From: the human T2T-CHM13v2.0 reference genome, Homo sapiens
Assembly: GCF_009914755.1 (NCBI RefSeq)
Contig: NC_060931.1
Length of the DNA: 64,000 bases
Strand: one strand, 5' to 3'
Made by a program: the position numbers and the translations under genes. The notes under the pieces were generated by a model. It saw only the letters and a program-made list of their open reading frames with translations, did no database searches and was not told the origin of the DNA. Below, piece by piece: positions 41,751-54,978 of the stretch. Numbering within the stretch: position 1 is the stretch's first letter; every line of letters starts with the position of its first letter.

Positions 41751-44700
41751 TTAGATGAATGAGAAAGGAATGTATGATGCCAGTTTCTCCCTGTTTCTAC
41801 CTATGGTTTCTACTCCTTCTCACCTATTTATATTCTCTTGGGCTTCTTCAGAGCAGAAGTTAACTGCTGCTCTAAAGGTGATCTGGCAAATTGTACTCAC
41901 CTGGTTTGGCAGATGTTTAAACTTACATTTTCTCAAATGGACCCTTTTTCTTGGGTGTACTTGAAATGTAGCTCTCCACCCAATCATTGGTGATCTCTCA
42001 CTTGAGCTTTCTTTAGTGTGTGCAAATCATCTCCTCTTTCTGATCCTTCTGCATCCTAAGCTATATTTTTATATTATTTCTTTTCTGGTCTTTCCCCTCC
42101 AGGCAGTTCTCTTGGGCAGGATCTAAAACCCCTCCCTAACAAGACCTCATCTTCAGAGGAGCCAAGAAGTCACGGTCACACATACTTAAGATTTTTCAGG
42201 CACGATTCAGAACAAGTTCATCCCATACAACATGCTCCAAGAAACCCAAATACACTATCCCAGTGGCATTCCTTAGGCTTCTTTTTCTAGACTTGAGTAT
42301 AGAATAAGGTATTTAATTTTTCCCATTGAGACATGGGAGACAATAACAGTCCCAGCAACCCAACAGCTCTCCAGAATTATCTTCAAATAGTTATCTTCTC
42401 TCTCTCACACGGTACCCTCTTTGGGGTTGACAGCTGAGCATTGCAAAACTGGTTTTTGACCATGTTCTGTTTTGATGATTCTGCCTTTTGGTAGCATATA
42501 TAATTGGAGCTATGCTCCTCAGAACCGGACCAAAACTGAGGCAGCCGAACTCCCATTTTTAGCACTTTCCTATATTAGTGTTGGAACCCAACTTGGTCTT
42601 AAACTTTCTTACAATACATATTGATATATTTGTGCATAATGTTTAAATAGCCTTAACAATAATTCTGTTGATCTGTGTAGATCTCTGATCTACACAAACA
42701 CTCTAATACCAGCCTCCATTAATAGGAAGTTTGGGATGACTCAGCCTTTATAAGAAAAAAAATCCTTGAATATTATTCCATCATTCATGCTTTGTTCTAT
42801 TTCCATGTGTTCTTGATTTCTAATCTCCAATTTTCACTTCTATTTTGGGCCCCACTCTCACCCTTTGGGCTAATAAGAGATATAGCTTCTTTTCTGTTTA
42901 CCATTTTTTAATATCTTTTGTAAGACATTATTTTCCACCAATTTCCTACCTCTACTGGCTTCAGATAAATTTGGGTAATTGTCCTATCCATTTGGGCACA
43001 GTTGTTCTCCTCCACTGAAACTGACCTGTTGGTTTCCTAAGGAAGGATTACAATTTACCCATTTGCATGCTAGAACTCTAATACCAATTTTGGCTTTGTT
43101 TAGCATTCCCAGATGGGCCCTAGGCACATGGGAGGAATTGATGAAATTGAACTAGTAATCTAAAACTTGGCACAACCAAAAGAAAATGCACTTACTGACC
43201 TAAAGACACAGTGAACATTTTTACAGTTAATAAAGATAAACTCAGAGGAAAAGGTTCTGTTCAGGTTATAAATTTTAGTAGTATAAGCATGAGAGGATAT
43301 AGTCTGCTTTGATAGAAGTAAATATAGAAAGAATTGTGGAGATTATTTATCAGGAATAAAAAGATTAAGGAAAATGACATGTCTATGAATCTATATACCT
43401 GAATATACAATTATATTTGATCTGATTGAAAAGAGAGGCAACTTTTTAACATACGAACTTTAAGTCCCTAATGAACCTGTATCACTGGAGCTATGAACAA
43501 ATATATTGGCAAATTATGTATTGGCAAATTATGTGAATTGTCCATATAATTTAAATCAAAACTATGCATGTGTGCCTATAGTATTGATTTGCAATATCTG
43601 TTAGCTAATTTTGTTTCCTTTTTATCACTGAATAACTTGATGGATCATCTATAAAAGTAAAATACAATTACTGGGGAAATATTCATGCCACCTATATCCT
43701 ATCAGGTCATACTCAATAAGTTTAAATTCTATAGGTAATATTCAAATAATACTCCCCCAAAATAGATTCTACAACATCTTATATGACTTATTTAGATGCA
43801 TTATTTTAACTTTAAATAGTTTTTCATGTAATTCAGTTAGACTCAGAGTGTAATAAATAAATTATTGGTCAAAGAGCACAGAAAACTTCATAAGTCATTT
43901 GGGCACCTATCAGTTTACAGTATCAAAAGTGTATAAACAACTCACTTTCTAAAATACTTAGTAGACTACAGAGAAGTTACTATATATTTTCTTCACAGAT
44001 TAACATAGGAATGTGCTGCAATAGGCCTCTCTATTGTCATTTAGTCTCATCATTACTTAGCCAAATCCCAGATCACATGCCCCAACCCCCAATTTGATAG
44101 TACTTCCGACCCCCCACTGCAAACAAATAAACTAATAACCGTTTTTATCTTCACTTTGCAGTGCAGTTGCAGAAATCACTTATCTTTTACTAGTTCATTT
44201 GTTTTCTAGAGACAAACCACTTAATGAAATTTCAGAGAATTTTAAATAGTCAACTGTTCAGAATTCATCATATTAACAACTAGACCATTTGAGGTAGGAA
44301 CCACAACCATGTTACTGCATGGGCCCTCCTCAAATGCCAAATCAGTGAAGACTATCATTGATGATTGATAAATATATATTTGTTTAATTGATATTACACT
44401 GTACACTGTAGATTTGGCCAAAGGGAACAATGAAGTCAATGTCATCTCTCAAAATAAAATTATTGTCCTATTTTTTCAAACATCTCACTTTCTCATTTAA
44501 TGGAAATTATCTTAACATTTATGTAATACACACCTAATTGAAGAAAAACCTAGAAACAAATAGTCATAATTTTTACTTGATATGTAAGTTAATCAACAGA
44601 ACCTTAGAAATAAGTTATGAATCATTTTGATTTGACAGGGTGATATAATTAGATTTTGGCTATAATGTTGATTAATGCAGATGGTTTCTGGTAGAACTTT

Positions 44701-44929
44701 ATTAATTAAAAACAAACAAACTTTTAATTAAATGAAATATTTTAGGTCCTTATTCATGTTAGGAGAAAGATAAAGATACAAAAGATAAAAGTTTCTATAC
44801 AAACCAGAAGTGGACATTTTTGATTAAAAATATTTTCAAGAAACTTATACCAAATACTCTCACTCTCTGCTTTTACTGTTGTCATTTTTAAAATGAAGAG
44901 CCTTAGGGAAAGGATGATGACATTTAAAT

Positions 44930-45140
44930 AATAAAACTAATGTTTATTAAATATTTACTATGTTCAGGGCACTGTGTTAAACATTTTCTATGCATTATCT
45001 ACTAGAATACAGAAACAAGGGTATGAAATACATTGTTAGGTATTTCAAATTGAAAATTAATCAAATTGTCTAAGGCTGACAGTAAATTTTGGAATAAATC
45101 CATGCTGCCTGACATTGAACCTGAGTTTTAACCACTGTTA
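44930..45140 (-). mobile_element. MIR
   Basis: 'tttattaaatatttactatgttcagggcactgtgttaaacattt...cattatc' and 'ttgtctaaggctgacag' resemble the MIR core. Confidence 0.55.
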
Positions 45141-45149
45141 TAATTGTAT

Positions 45150-45580
45150 AAGATAATATTATATTATAAAAACATGATAATGTAGAATTATATAATAAAA
45201 AACAGTATAATATAGTGTTATATTATTAAAACTTTATGATATAGTATTGTATTAGCAAAATAGTATAATATGGTATTATATTAAAATACTATTATAATAA
45301 CATTAGAATTTAGTATTATAATAACATGACAGTATTATCTTAACACTTTAAATCTTATATGAAAACAACATTATAATATGGTATTATAATAACTTATAAT
45401 GTGGTATTATATTATAATAACATTATAATATAGTATTACAGGTAGGTTTTACTTTGGTTCCTTATATTACTTATTTTTCATTCCATCTTCACTTTTGGAT
45501 GATCACTTACTATAGTACTATTGTAACATGGTATTATATTGTGATAACATTATAATATAGTATCATGTAATATTATATCC
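45150..45580. repeat. Degenerate AT-rich minisatellite (~29-30 bp unit tattataataacattataatatagtatta)
   Basis: About 8-10 diverged copies visible at 45150-45440 and two more at ~45510-45580. Confidence 0.7.
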
Positions 45581-46825
45581 TAAAGAAATATACATATATA
45601 TAATCATATATACATATGTAGATGAAATATATAATCTTGATTGTCTCCACAACAAGGCAAAAGTAGACTAGGCTTTAGATATATTTTCAACCAGGGATAA
45701 GTTTCATGCCAAGTAAGTAAACAGATTAAATTTTGCTGTAATGAGTTTTCTTATATACCATTGTTCTTCATGTTCTGAAGCAAGCCTTAGCAGCTTCATG
45801 TGAACATGACTAAGAAATCCAGTTAACAGCAGTGTCCTCCTGGAGTTCTCTCTTGAAAGTTGATATTCACAGCTACTATTTGCTAAACCTCAAAAATAAT
45901 CATCCAACAGTGAAGAGAAGGAAGCAAAAACAAATGATAGAAGGAACCAAAGTAAAGCCTACCTATCTTTGCTGGGTAAATGGCATTTAGTGCTGTGTCT
46001 AAGACCTGTAGTGTAGGGAAAGTGATCAGACTGAAAATAAAGAATTGTGATTAGACTTTAACATATTGCTAGCCGTTTAAAGAAATGTTAAAATGCTAGC
46101 CATTTAAAGAAATATAATTAAATCAGACCAGCACATTCTAGAAAGAAAAGAATAGTTTGTATTTTCTCTACAAAATTACCTTTTAGAAATGTATTTGAGA
46201 CTTCCAGTGTAGAAAAGATGACATAGACCCATGTTGCTCTTTTTCTCTCTGCTAAGCACAACTATAAATCTTAGAAATGATAAAGAGATAACCAAAGGAG
46301 AACTCTGAAATGGGTAAGAAGAAGAGAATCTGGTTTGGGATCCCAGGACTGGAGGAACAACAGTAGGATATCTTGCATACCACCACCCAACAGAGGAAGA
46401 CCACCCAGACCTGACTGTTCTTGATCTCTATTTGATCAACAAGAGGCAAGTCAAATAGTCTCATTCCTCCCATGGACCAAATGGGAGTCTCTCTGATGAC
46501 ATCACGAGAGCCTATCAATACTACCAAGAGAAATCAGCTAAATGTATCTACAGAAATAAGCAGTTAAGAGAAGTATTTCCTGTCCTTACTAGGCCTGAGA
46601 AAGTTCTTTTCTACTTAGGGATACTCAGGCAGGCAAGTAGCACTGGCAAGGGGGACTCAGCCATAACAAGTGTCCCATCCCAGATGCCTCTTTGTCCCTG
46701 AGACCGTCATACCCTGCCACAGACAGTGGGGTGGGGGCAGGAAAACAGAACTGCCAAAAATGAAACAGCCATAACAAGCAGCCTGGTCCAGGGAAGTCTC
46801 TTTTTCCCCATGGGCCCAAGATCCT

Positions 46826-47198
46826 TGATATGGTTTGGTTGTGTCCCCTCCCAAATCTCATCTCGAACTGTATTCCCATAATTCCCATGTATCGTGGGAG
46901 GGAGCTGGTGGGTGATAATTGAATCATGGAGGCAGTTTCTCCCATACTGTTCTCATGACAGTGAATAAGTCTCATAAGATCTGATGGTTTTAAAAAACGG
47001 GAGTTTTCCTGCACAAGCTCTCTCTTTGCCTGCCACCATGTATGTAAGACGTGACTTGCTCCTTCTTGCCTTTCACCTTCTACCATGATTGTGAGGCCTC
47101 CCCAGTCATGTAGAACTGTAAGTCTAATAAACCTTTCTTTTGTAAATTTGCCAGTCTTGGGTATATCTTTATCAGCAGCGTGAAAACAGACTAATACA
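46826..47198 (+). mobile_element. THE1B-type solo LTR
   Basis: 'tgatatggtttgg'...'cagcagcgtgaaaacagactaataca'; TSD atcct/accct. Confidence 0.92.
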
Positions 47199-48431
47199 AC
47201 CCTCCTCCCCCATTCAAAGATGTCCAGTTGGGGTGGTGGAAACAGTAAAGGAGAATCAGTCATATCTAGCCACTTGGCCTGGGAAGCCTCCTTGTTCTTT
47301 ATGGCTTGCAGCTCTCCTGTACTCCCTAGAGATACTTGGGCAATCAGGGTACACTGGTAAGAGGGATCCCACCATACCACTTCCTCTCAGAGAGACACCT
47401 GGAAGCCAGGGGTGGGGAAATTCATCCTCCCTTCCCACACACACACTTTAGTCAACATTAGCAGGGACCAGTGAGAACTGCAGTAGCACAAGAGAAATAA
47501 AACAGATCTAAATAATACCATAAAGGCTCTGTAAATTAAATTGCTGCTGGAACTACAGCCTATAAGAGAAGGCTAATTCACATGATAAACAAAAACAAGG
47601 TGACTGTCTACTCAAATAGAAGTTATAAACAGAAACCAGAGTCTCCTAACACAATAGATAAAATGTCCAGCATATATTCAAGAATTACCCTTCATAACAA
47701 GAATTAAGAAAATTCACAACTTGAATGAGAAAAGATAGTCAACTTATAAAAACACTGACAGAAATCACGTTAGAATTACCTGACGAAGATTTTATGGCAG
47801 CCATCATAAAACTGCTTTAAGAATAAATTTCAAATTCTCTTGAAGCATATAAAACAAAATAGAAAATCTCAGCTAAAGAATAGAGGTTATAAGAAAATCC
47901 AAGTTGAATTTTTCAAATTGAAAAATACAATAACAAATTTTTAAAAACTTGTTGGGTGGACTTAATAGTAGAGTACAGATGACAAAGGCTACGAGCAGTG
48001 AATTTGACAGAACAACAAAATTCATCCATCTGAATAACAGGGACAAATGGAATAAAAATAAATGAATAAACAGAGCCCCTGGAATTTGTGGAACAATATC
48101 AAAAGATCCAACATTACTATCATTGGAATCCTCAAAAAGAAAAGAAAGAAAGCATAAACTTAGAGTATTTGGAAAACTAATGCCAGAAAACTTCCCAAAT
48201 TTGAAAAAAGACACAAGCCTGTAGGTTCAAGAAGCTGATTAAACTTGAAACTGGGTAATCGCAAATGACAAGACACATATTAATTACACTTTTGCTAAGT
48301 AAAGGCGCACTGACTTCCAGCAAGGATGTAGAGCAAAAGCAATTCTCAAACATCACTGATGGGAATGAGAAACAGCACGGCCATTTTGGAAGACAGTTGG
48401 TAGTTTCTTACAAAGCCAAACCTATTCTTAC

Positions 48432-48979
48432 TGTATCAGTCAGGGTTCTCTAGAGGATAGAACTAATAGGATAGATAGATAGATACATACATACATATAT
48501 ATATACACACACACACATACACACGTGTATATATATATATTATATATATATAATATATATATAATATATATATATATTATAGATATATATATAAAGGGGA
48601 GTTTATTAAGGAGTATTAACTTCCACAATAACAAGGTCCTGCAATAGGCCACCTGCAAGCTGAGGAGCAAGGAAGCCAGTTCGAATCCCAAAGCTGAAGA
48701 ACCTGGAGTCTCATGTTCGAGGGTAGAAGGCATCCAGCAGGGGAGAAAGATGTGGGCTGGGAGGCTAGGCCAGTCTAACCTTTTCATGTTTTTCTGCCTG
48801 CTTTATATTCCCTGGCAGCTGATTAGATTGTGCCCACCCAGATGAAGGGTGGGTCTGCCTTCCCCAGTCCACTGACTCAAATGTTAATCCCTTTTGGCAG
48901 CACCATCACAGGCACAACCAGCATTAATACTTTGCATCCTTCCACCCAATCAAGTTGACATTCAGTATTAACTACCACA
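48432..48979 (-). mobile_element. MLT2A solo LTR with expanded internal microsatellite
   Basis: 'tgtatcagtcagggttctctagag'...'aagttgacattcagtattaactaccaca'; compound (GATA)(CA)(TA) repeat at ~48470-48593. Confidence 0.92.
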
Positions 48980-49432
48980 GTGACCATGTAACTCAGTAAC
49001 TATACTGGTAGATATTTACCCAATTGATCACAAATCTTATGTCCACACAAAAATCTGCACATTGATGTTTATAGAAGCTTAATTTATAATCTCCAAAATA
49101 ATAGAGGCAACCAAGATATTCTTCAGTAGTTGAATGGATAAATTGTGCTATTTTTATACAATGGAATATTATTGAACAACAAAAAGAAATGAGCTATCAA
49201 AGCCATGAAAAGACATGGGTGGATCTTAAGTGAATATTTCCAACTAAAAGAAACCAGTCTGTAAAGGCTGTATAATGTGTGATTCCAATTATATGACATT
49301 CTGGGAAAAGTAAAACCATAGAGTTTTACTCTATAGAGTTTAGTTTAGAAAAGTAAAACTACAGAGTTTTACATAAAATGACTTAGTTGCCAGGAGCTCA
49401 AGGGAAGGAGGGAGGGTTAAATAGATGAAACA

Positions 49433-49760
<328 letters not shown>

Positions 49761-50094
49761 TTAGGGCAGTGAAACTATTCTGTATATCACAATAGTACTT
49801 ATATGATACTATGCATTTTTCAAAACCCATAGAACTTTATAGCACAAAGATTGAACGTCAAAGCATGCAATTTGTTATAAAGCATTTAGGAGGTCAAGAG
49901 GAATCCTAAGATGGAATGGAGAATGTGACAAAGAAATTTACCTGTATTCAATGAAACAATCTCACTGAAGAGGGAGGGGTAAAAGTTGATGACCTGAGTA
50001 AATTTGAAATTAGTGGTGTCTGTAAGAATAAAGGCAAAATGAATTACACATAAATGCCATTGCACTGGTGTTGATAAAGTTTTTTCCCACAAGG

Positions 50095-50501
50095 GTACAC
50101 AAGAAAAATTTTGTATCACATCCACAAATTTATATATTGAAGGCCTAACCCACAGTATCTCAGAATGTGAATAAATTTGAAGACAGGGCTTTCAAAGAGA
50201 TGAGTAAGTTTAAATGAAGCTGCTAGGGTGGGCCCTAATTCAATCTGGCGTGATTATAAGAACAAGAAACATGGATATATTTAGAGATAGCAGGGCACCC
50301 ATGCACAAAAGAAAAATCACCCAAGGGACACAGCAAAAAAGCCACCCTGCAAGCCAAGGACAGAGGACTCAGGAGAAACCAAACTTGCTGACCTCTTGAT
50401 CTTGAACATCCAGGTTCCAGAACTGTGAGAAAACACATTTCTGTTGTTTAAGTCATCCTGTCTGCAGTATTTTATTATGGCAGCCCTAGCAAACGAATAC
50501 A
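50095..50501 (+). mobile_element. MaLR solo LTR (MLT1A/B-like)
   Basis: 'cagtatctcagaatgtga...agggtgggccctaattcaat...ccagaactgtgagaaaa...gcagccctagcaaacgaataca'. Confidence 0.75.
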
Positions 50502-52494
50502 ACCACTGATACCTGTATACTTGAAATGAATAATTAAGTAAATGATGGTGGGAGACAGGTTTCTCATCACTGAAATAGGAGGTTACAGAAAGGCAAAGGG
50601 AAGAGGCTAGAATGATCCATGTGATATAGAATTGGAAACAACAGTAGGAATGCATGTTTGCTGAATACAGATACAGATATTATATATAGAAATACCTATA
50701 GACTTGTATATATGCATGGATTAGTATGTACACAGTATTTCCTTGCTCTGACAGAAGAGATCCCAGAAACATCAATACTCCAGAAAACTCAGAAGAGTTA
50801 GAATCAAAATCTTGGCTGCTAAAGCCATTTTCCAACAAAACAAAAAATAATTCTTGGGAGAAATGACTGCATGACTCATTATCAAATTCAATAATATAAC
50901 AAAGTTGAAAACAAAATATGATAAAAGAGTCATACTATGCAAATATCAATACAAATGATTTTAAAGAGGTAATTACATTAATCTGAAAAACTAAACTTCA
51001 GAGCAAAGAAAATTACCAGGGAAGGTCATTGCATAATGAAAAAAAAAATCAGCCCACAAAGATCTAATGATTCTAGGTGTGTAGATATCAAACAAGAGTC
51101 TCAGAATACATGCATTAAAAACTGTAGGACCTAAAGGAAGCAACTGATAAGTCTATGCTTATAGTTTCAAATTTCAATGATCTCCTCTTGGCAATTCTGT
51201 AACATTTCTTTGGAGATATTATTAAATAGGAGTATTCAAAAATATCAAATATATAAGTTTTAAACTTGCTCATGTGTATTTAAAAAAATTATAGCATGTT
51301 TTCACCATCCTGAGATAAAATTAGTCAAGATCCAGGCATAAGGACCTAAGTACATGAGTGCCTGCTTAGATGTTTTTGTGAAATTGGAACAAAGGACTGC
51401 TCCTCAATGGTCAGGTATTTTACTCTGTTATGCAAGCATGTAATAATGCATGTTCTAGATATTTGCAAATTATGAAATAGGCCACTACTATCAAACAACT
51501 TCATTAAATCAAGAAATTATTTTGAGTAAGACACTATTGGAGATTGAGAATCTCCAATTATTAACACTGGATATCCTATAATTTAGATAAAAACTTTTAA
51601 AAAATGCAATTCAGTCTTTTAATAGAAGTGAAGAGTGGCTTGACCTAATGTGGCAAAACTAAAATAAAATAAATCACCTAGTCATCAGAGACAAAAGATT
51701 TATATTTATTTACATACTAGGAAACAGGGAATAGCCTGCCAATAAACATATTGATAGCGTCATCTGTGTCCAAATGTATGAATTTGTTACTCCTTTAAGT
51801 ATTTTACGAAAGTAGTGTAGTGGCTCTTTTATTTATTATTTTTATAGTTATTAGTATTGATTAAAGATAATATATTGACCCAAGCAGATCAAAAAGGACA
51901 AAAAGCACCTTGAAATAAACAATACTTTCTTTTGACTTAAGTGACTTCTGTAGACACTAACTTTGCAAATTATTGATATTGGGTGTATGGATTGGTGTCA
52001 TTATGTATGCTTATTGGATTTTCTTAATGACACTACTGTGTTTTAAGGACACCTCCAGGCACCCAATAAATACTACTGACTGGCCAAGTAACTGTTCTTC
52101 ATTTATTCTCCTATTAGGATATATTTAGATCTGATTACTTCTGGGATCTTGTAATACAGTCATCTTCAATTATCCATTGTTCTTCCTGAAAACAACCAAA
52201 TGTAGGCTTACCATATGTAAAAGTAGATACTAAAAGACTTATAGAAGAAAAATAAAGATTGAGCACTCATAGCAAAAATGTCAAAATAGTTTTATCACCA
52301 AGGTTCTGTAACTAATAAATGAACAGAAAGAAAAGAAATATTTTACTTAGTTCTCCATCACTCTGACAATTTTTATTGTTGTAAATACACTTTTTGAGTA
52401 GTTTATTGTTTTTTTCCAAAAATCTAACATCATATTTTTTTTGGAACCCCCTTGCTTTGGAAAAATTATTGTAATCCTTAAAGTTAAACAAACG

Positions 52495-52547
52495 CACACA
52501 CATTCACAACACACACATGCACACACACACACACACACACACACACC
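52495..52547. repeat. (CA)n microsatellite
   Basis: Read directly from the sequence. Confidence 0.95.
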
Positions 52548-53429
52548 CAGATTTCCATCTTGACCTATCTCTTTTGTAGTTGTGTTAAAATGGATTCATT
52601 ACTATCCTATATTTTAAAAGAACAAATGCCTTACTGCAAAACTCACTGCATAATGATATCAGCTTTATCGGATTGGGCTGTGATCTCTATATTACAATAC
52701 CTCATGCTCTGATAATATTCTCTAAACAAACTTAAAAATACATTCCCCTTATCTTTTCCCCAAAGTAGATATTGAATAAGTATTTGTTGACCTAGTTTTC
52801 TTTCTTTATTCTTAAACATTCACAAGAATCACTCAAATCTGGAAAAAGTTTAATAAGAAAAATTTACAACTTAAGGTTGCATGTACAATTAATTCAAGTT
52901 GTTTAGAGTCAGATTACAAATATTAGCTGTGTTTCTTAGTGGAATTTTTTTAAATGTGCAATACTATAATTTGACTTTTTTAATACAAATGAGCTTTATC
53001 TCAAAACTTTAATAAAAAATAATCAGAACTAGAAAAATGTAAAATGTTTTCATCCTTCTATATTTTAAATCATGTAATGGGTCATTTTTGTAAAGGCAAA
53101 ATTGATGAAATCTACTTAAATTAAAATGTGTAATCCTAAAGATTTACTAAATCCACTAATCTAGTTTTCCCTCTTAGGAATATTTAGAGTGATCAGAAAG
53201 AACCTAACATATTTAAACATAAAATGGTCAGAACTTAGAATATATTGCATATTTATTTGATTCATTTTCATTTATACATATAGAAACAGATTATTTTTGT
53301 GTATTTTAAATAATTATTTCTCACACTAAAACAATTTGACCTTTAGTGCTTATTTCAATTATTGTCATTTTGACTTTAACTTGGAAAGATAGAGGATATA
53401 CTGGTGTTACTACTTCATAAACAGATTTT

Positions 53430-53650
53430 AAGAGCTTGGGGTCTGAAGGGATATACTGTGGTGTGGTACATGTAATTCTTACCCCACACTTTCTAACTGC
53501 TTGGCCTTGGACAAGTTACTGAAACTTCTCTGGGCTTCAATTTTCTCAAGTAAAAATGGGATATGCTAATATTTACTTTATAGGTTTGTTGAATAGATTA
53601 ACTGTATTATACTCAAAATACTTCTTTGAACCTAGTACACATTAATATTA
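53430..53650 (+). mobile_element. MIR
   Basis: 'ccttggacaagttactgaaacttctctgggcttcaattttctc...gtaaaaatgggat' is the MIR core. Confidence 0.75.
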
Positions 53651-53835
53651 GCTGAATAAATTAATATATATTAACAAAACTATTAAATATATACACTTTA
53701 TTGATGGATTGAGAATCTCCTATTATGATTTACCATGGTCCAGGCACTGTGACAACAACAACAACTATTTTACACACATTATCTCTTTTTTTAAGAAAAA
53801 TTTTTGACAAGTAAAATTTATATAAATGTATAGCA

Positions 53836-54115
53836 AGGGCTCACACCTGTAATCCCAGCACTTTGGGAGGCCAAGGTGAGGGGCTCAATTGAGACCACGA
53901 GTTCAAGACCACCTTGGCCAACCTGGTGAAACCTGTCTCTGCTAAAAACACAAAAAGTCAGCTGAGTGTGGTGGCACGCAGCCATAGTCCCAGCTGCTTA
54001 GGAGTTGAGGCACGAGAACCACTTGAACCCGGGAGGCGGAGGTTGCAGTGAGTAAAAATAGCCCTCCTGCACTCCAGCCTGGGCGACAGAGTGAGATTCT
54101 GTCTCAACAAAAAAA
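53836..54115 (+). mobile_element. AluS, slightly 5'-truncated and diverged
   Basis: Dimeric Alu; TSD-like ttatataaatgtatagca / ttatataaatttataaca. Confidence 0.9.
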
Positions 54116-54682
54116 TTATATAAATTTATAACATACAACATAAATGTATAATTATTATGCTGTCATATATATATACATATATACATATACGTGTGTATAT
54201 ATATATATATATGTAATATTTTAGTGACTAAATTAGAAGTTAGCAAGTCAGTTTATATTTACCTTCTCTATTTTTAGAATATGTATGTTTTCTTTTAAAT
54301 TTAGCAATGTGTAGGAAAGATAACAAAAATTACTCTCACTGCTACCATTCAGATAGTTCTTTTAATTTTTTTAAAAAATAGTAAATTACACATATTTTAA
54401 ATGCAAATGACAAAAATCAAAATTAAAAACAAAACCCCATCCTCTTTTCCTAAAGCTATTAACCCAAAAACTATTTTTTGTGTATTCTCCTAGAAAAATC
54501 TTACATATATAAAATATATGTGAAGACACTATATTATATTTTACGTTTTGTATGTACTGATTTACATCTTGCTTTTCACTTAATTGTATATATTAATATA
54601 TGTCCACATACATGCATCTTTCTTTGTTTTGTGGCTATATATTCCACATGTGTACACAGTATAGTTTTAAAACATTACAATA

Positions 54683-54978
54683 GGTCGGGCGTGGTGGCTC
54701 ACGCCTGTAATCTCAGTATTTTTGGAGGGGCTAAGGCGGGTGGATCACGAGGTCAGGAGTTCAAGACCAGCCTGGCCAAGATGGTGAAACCCCGTCTCTA
54801 CTAAAAACACAAAAATTAGCCGGGCATGGTGGCAGGCGCCTGTAATTCCAGCCATTCGTGAGACTGAGGCAGAGAATTGATTGAACCCGGGAGGTGGAGG
54901 TTGCAGTGAGCCGAGGTCGCGCCACTGCACTCCAGCCTGGGTGACAGAGTGAGACTCCATCTAAAAAAAAAAAAAAAA
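54683..54978 (+). mobile_element. AluSg-like, full length
   Basis: 'ggatcacgaggtcaggagttcaagaccagcctggccaagatgg', poly-A tail, TSD attacaata/attagaata. Confidence 0.93.

Noticed and set aside
46625-47380. 251-aa minus-strand ORF
   Set aside because: Reads antisense through a THE1B LTR and L1M 5'UTR; no recognisable domain; chance open frame.
51542-53726. GATTGAGAATCTCC(a/t)ATTAT repeated ~2.2 kb apart
   Set aside because: A 14-bp exact repeat is expected by chance in 64 kb of AT-rich DNA, and no inserted element lies between the copies.
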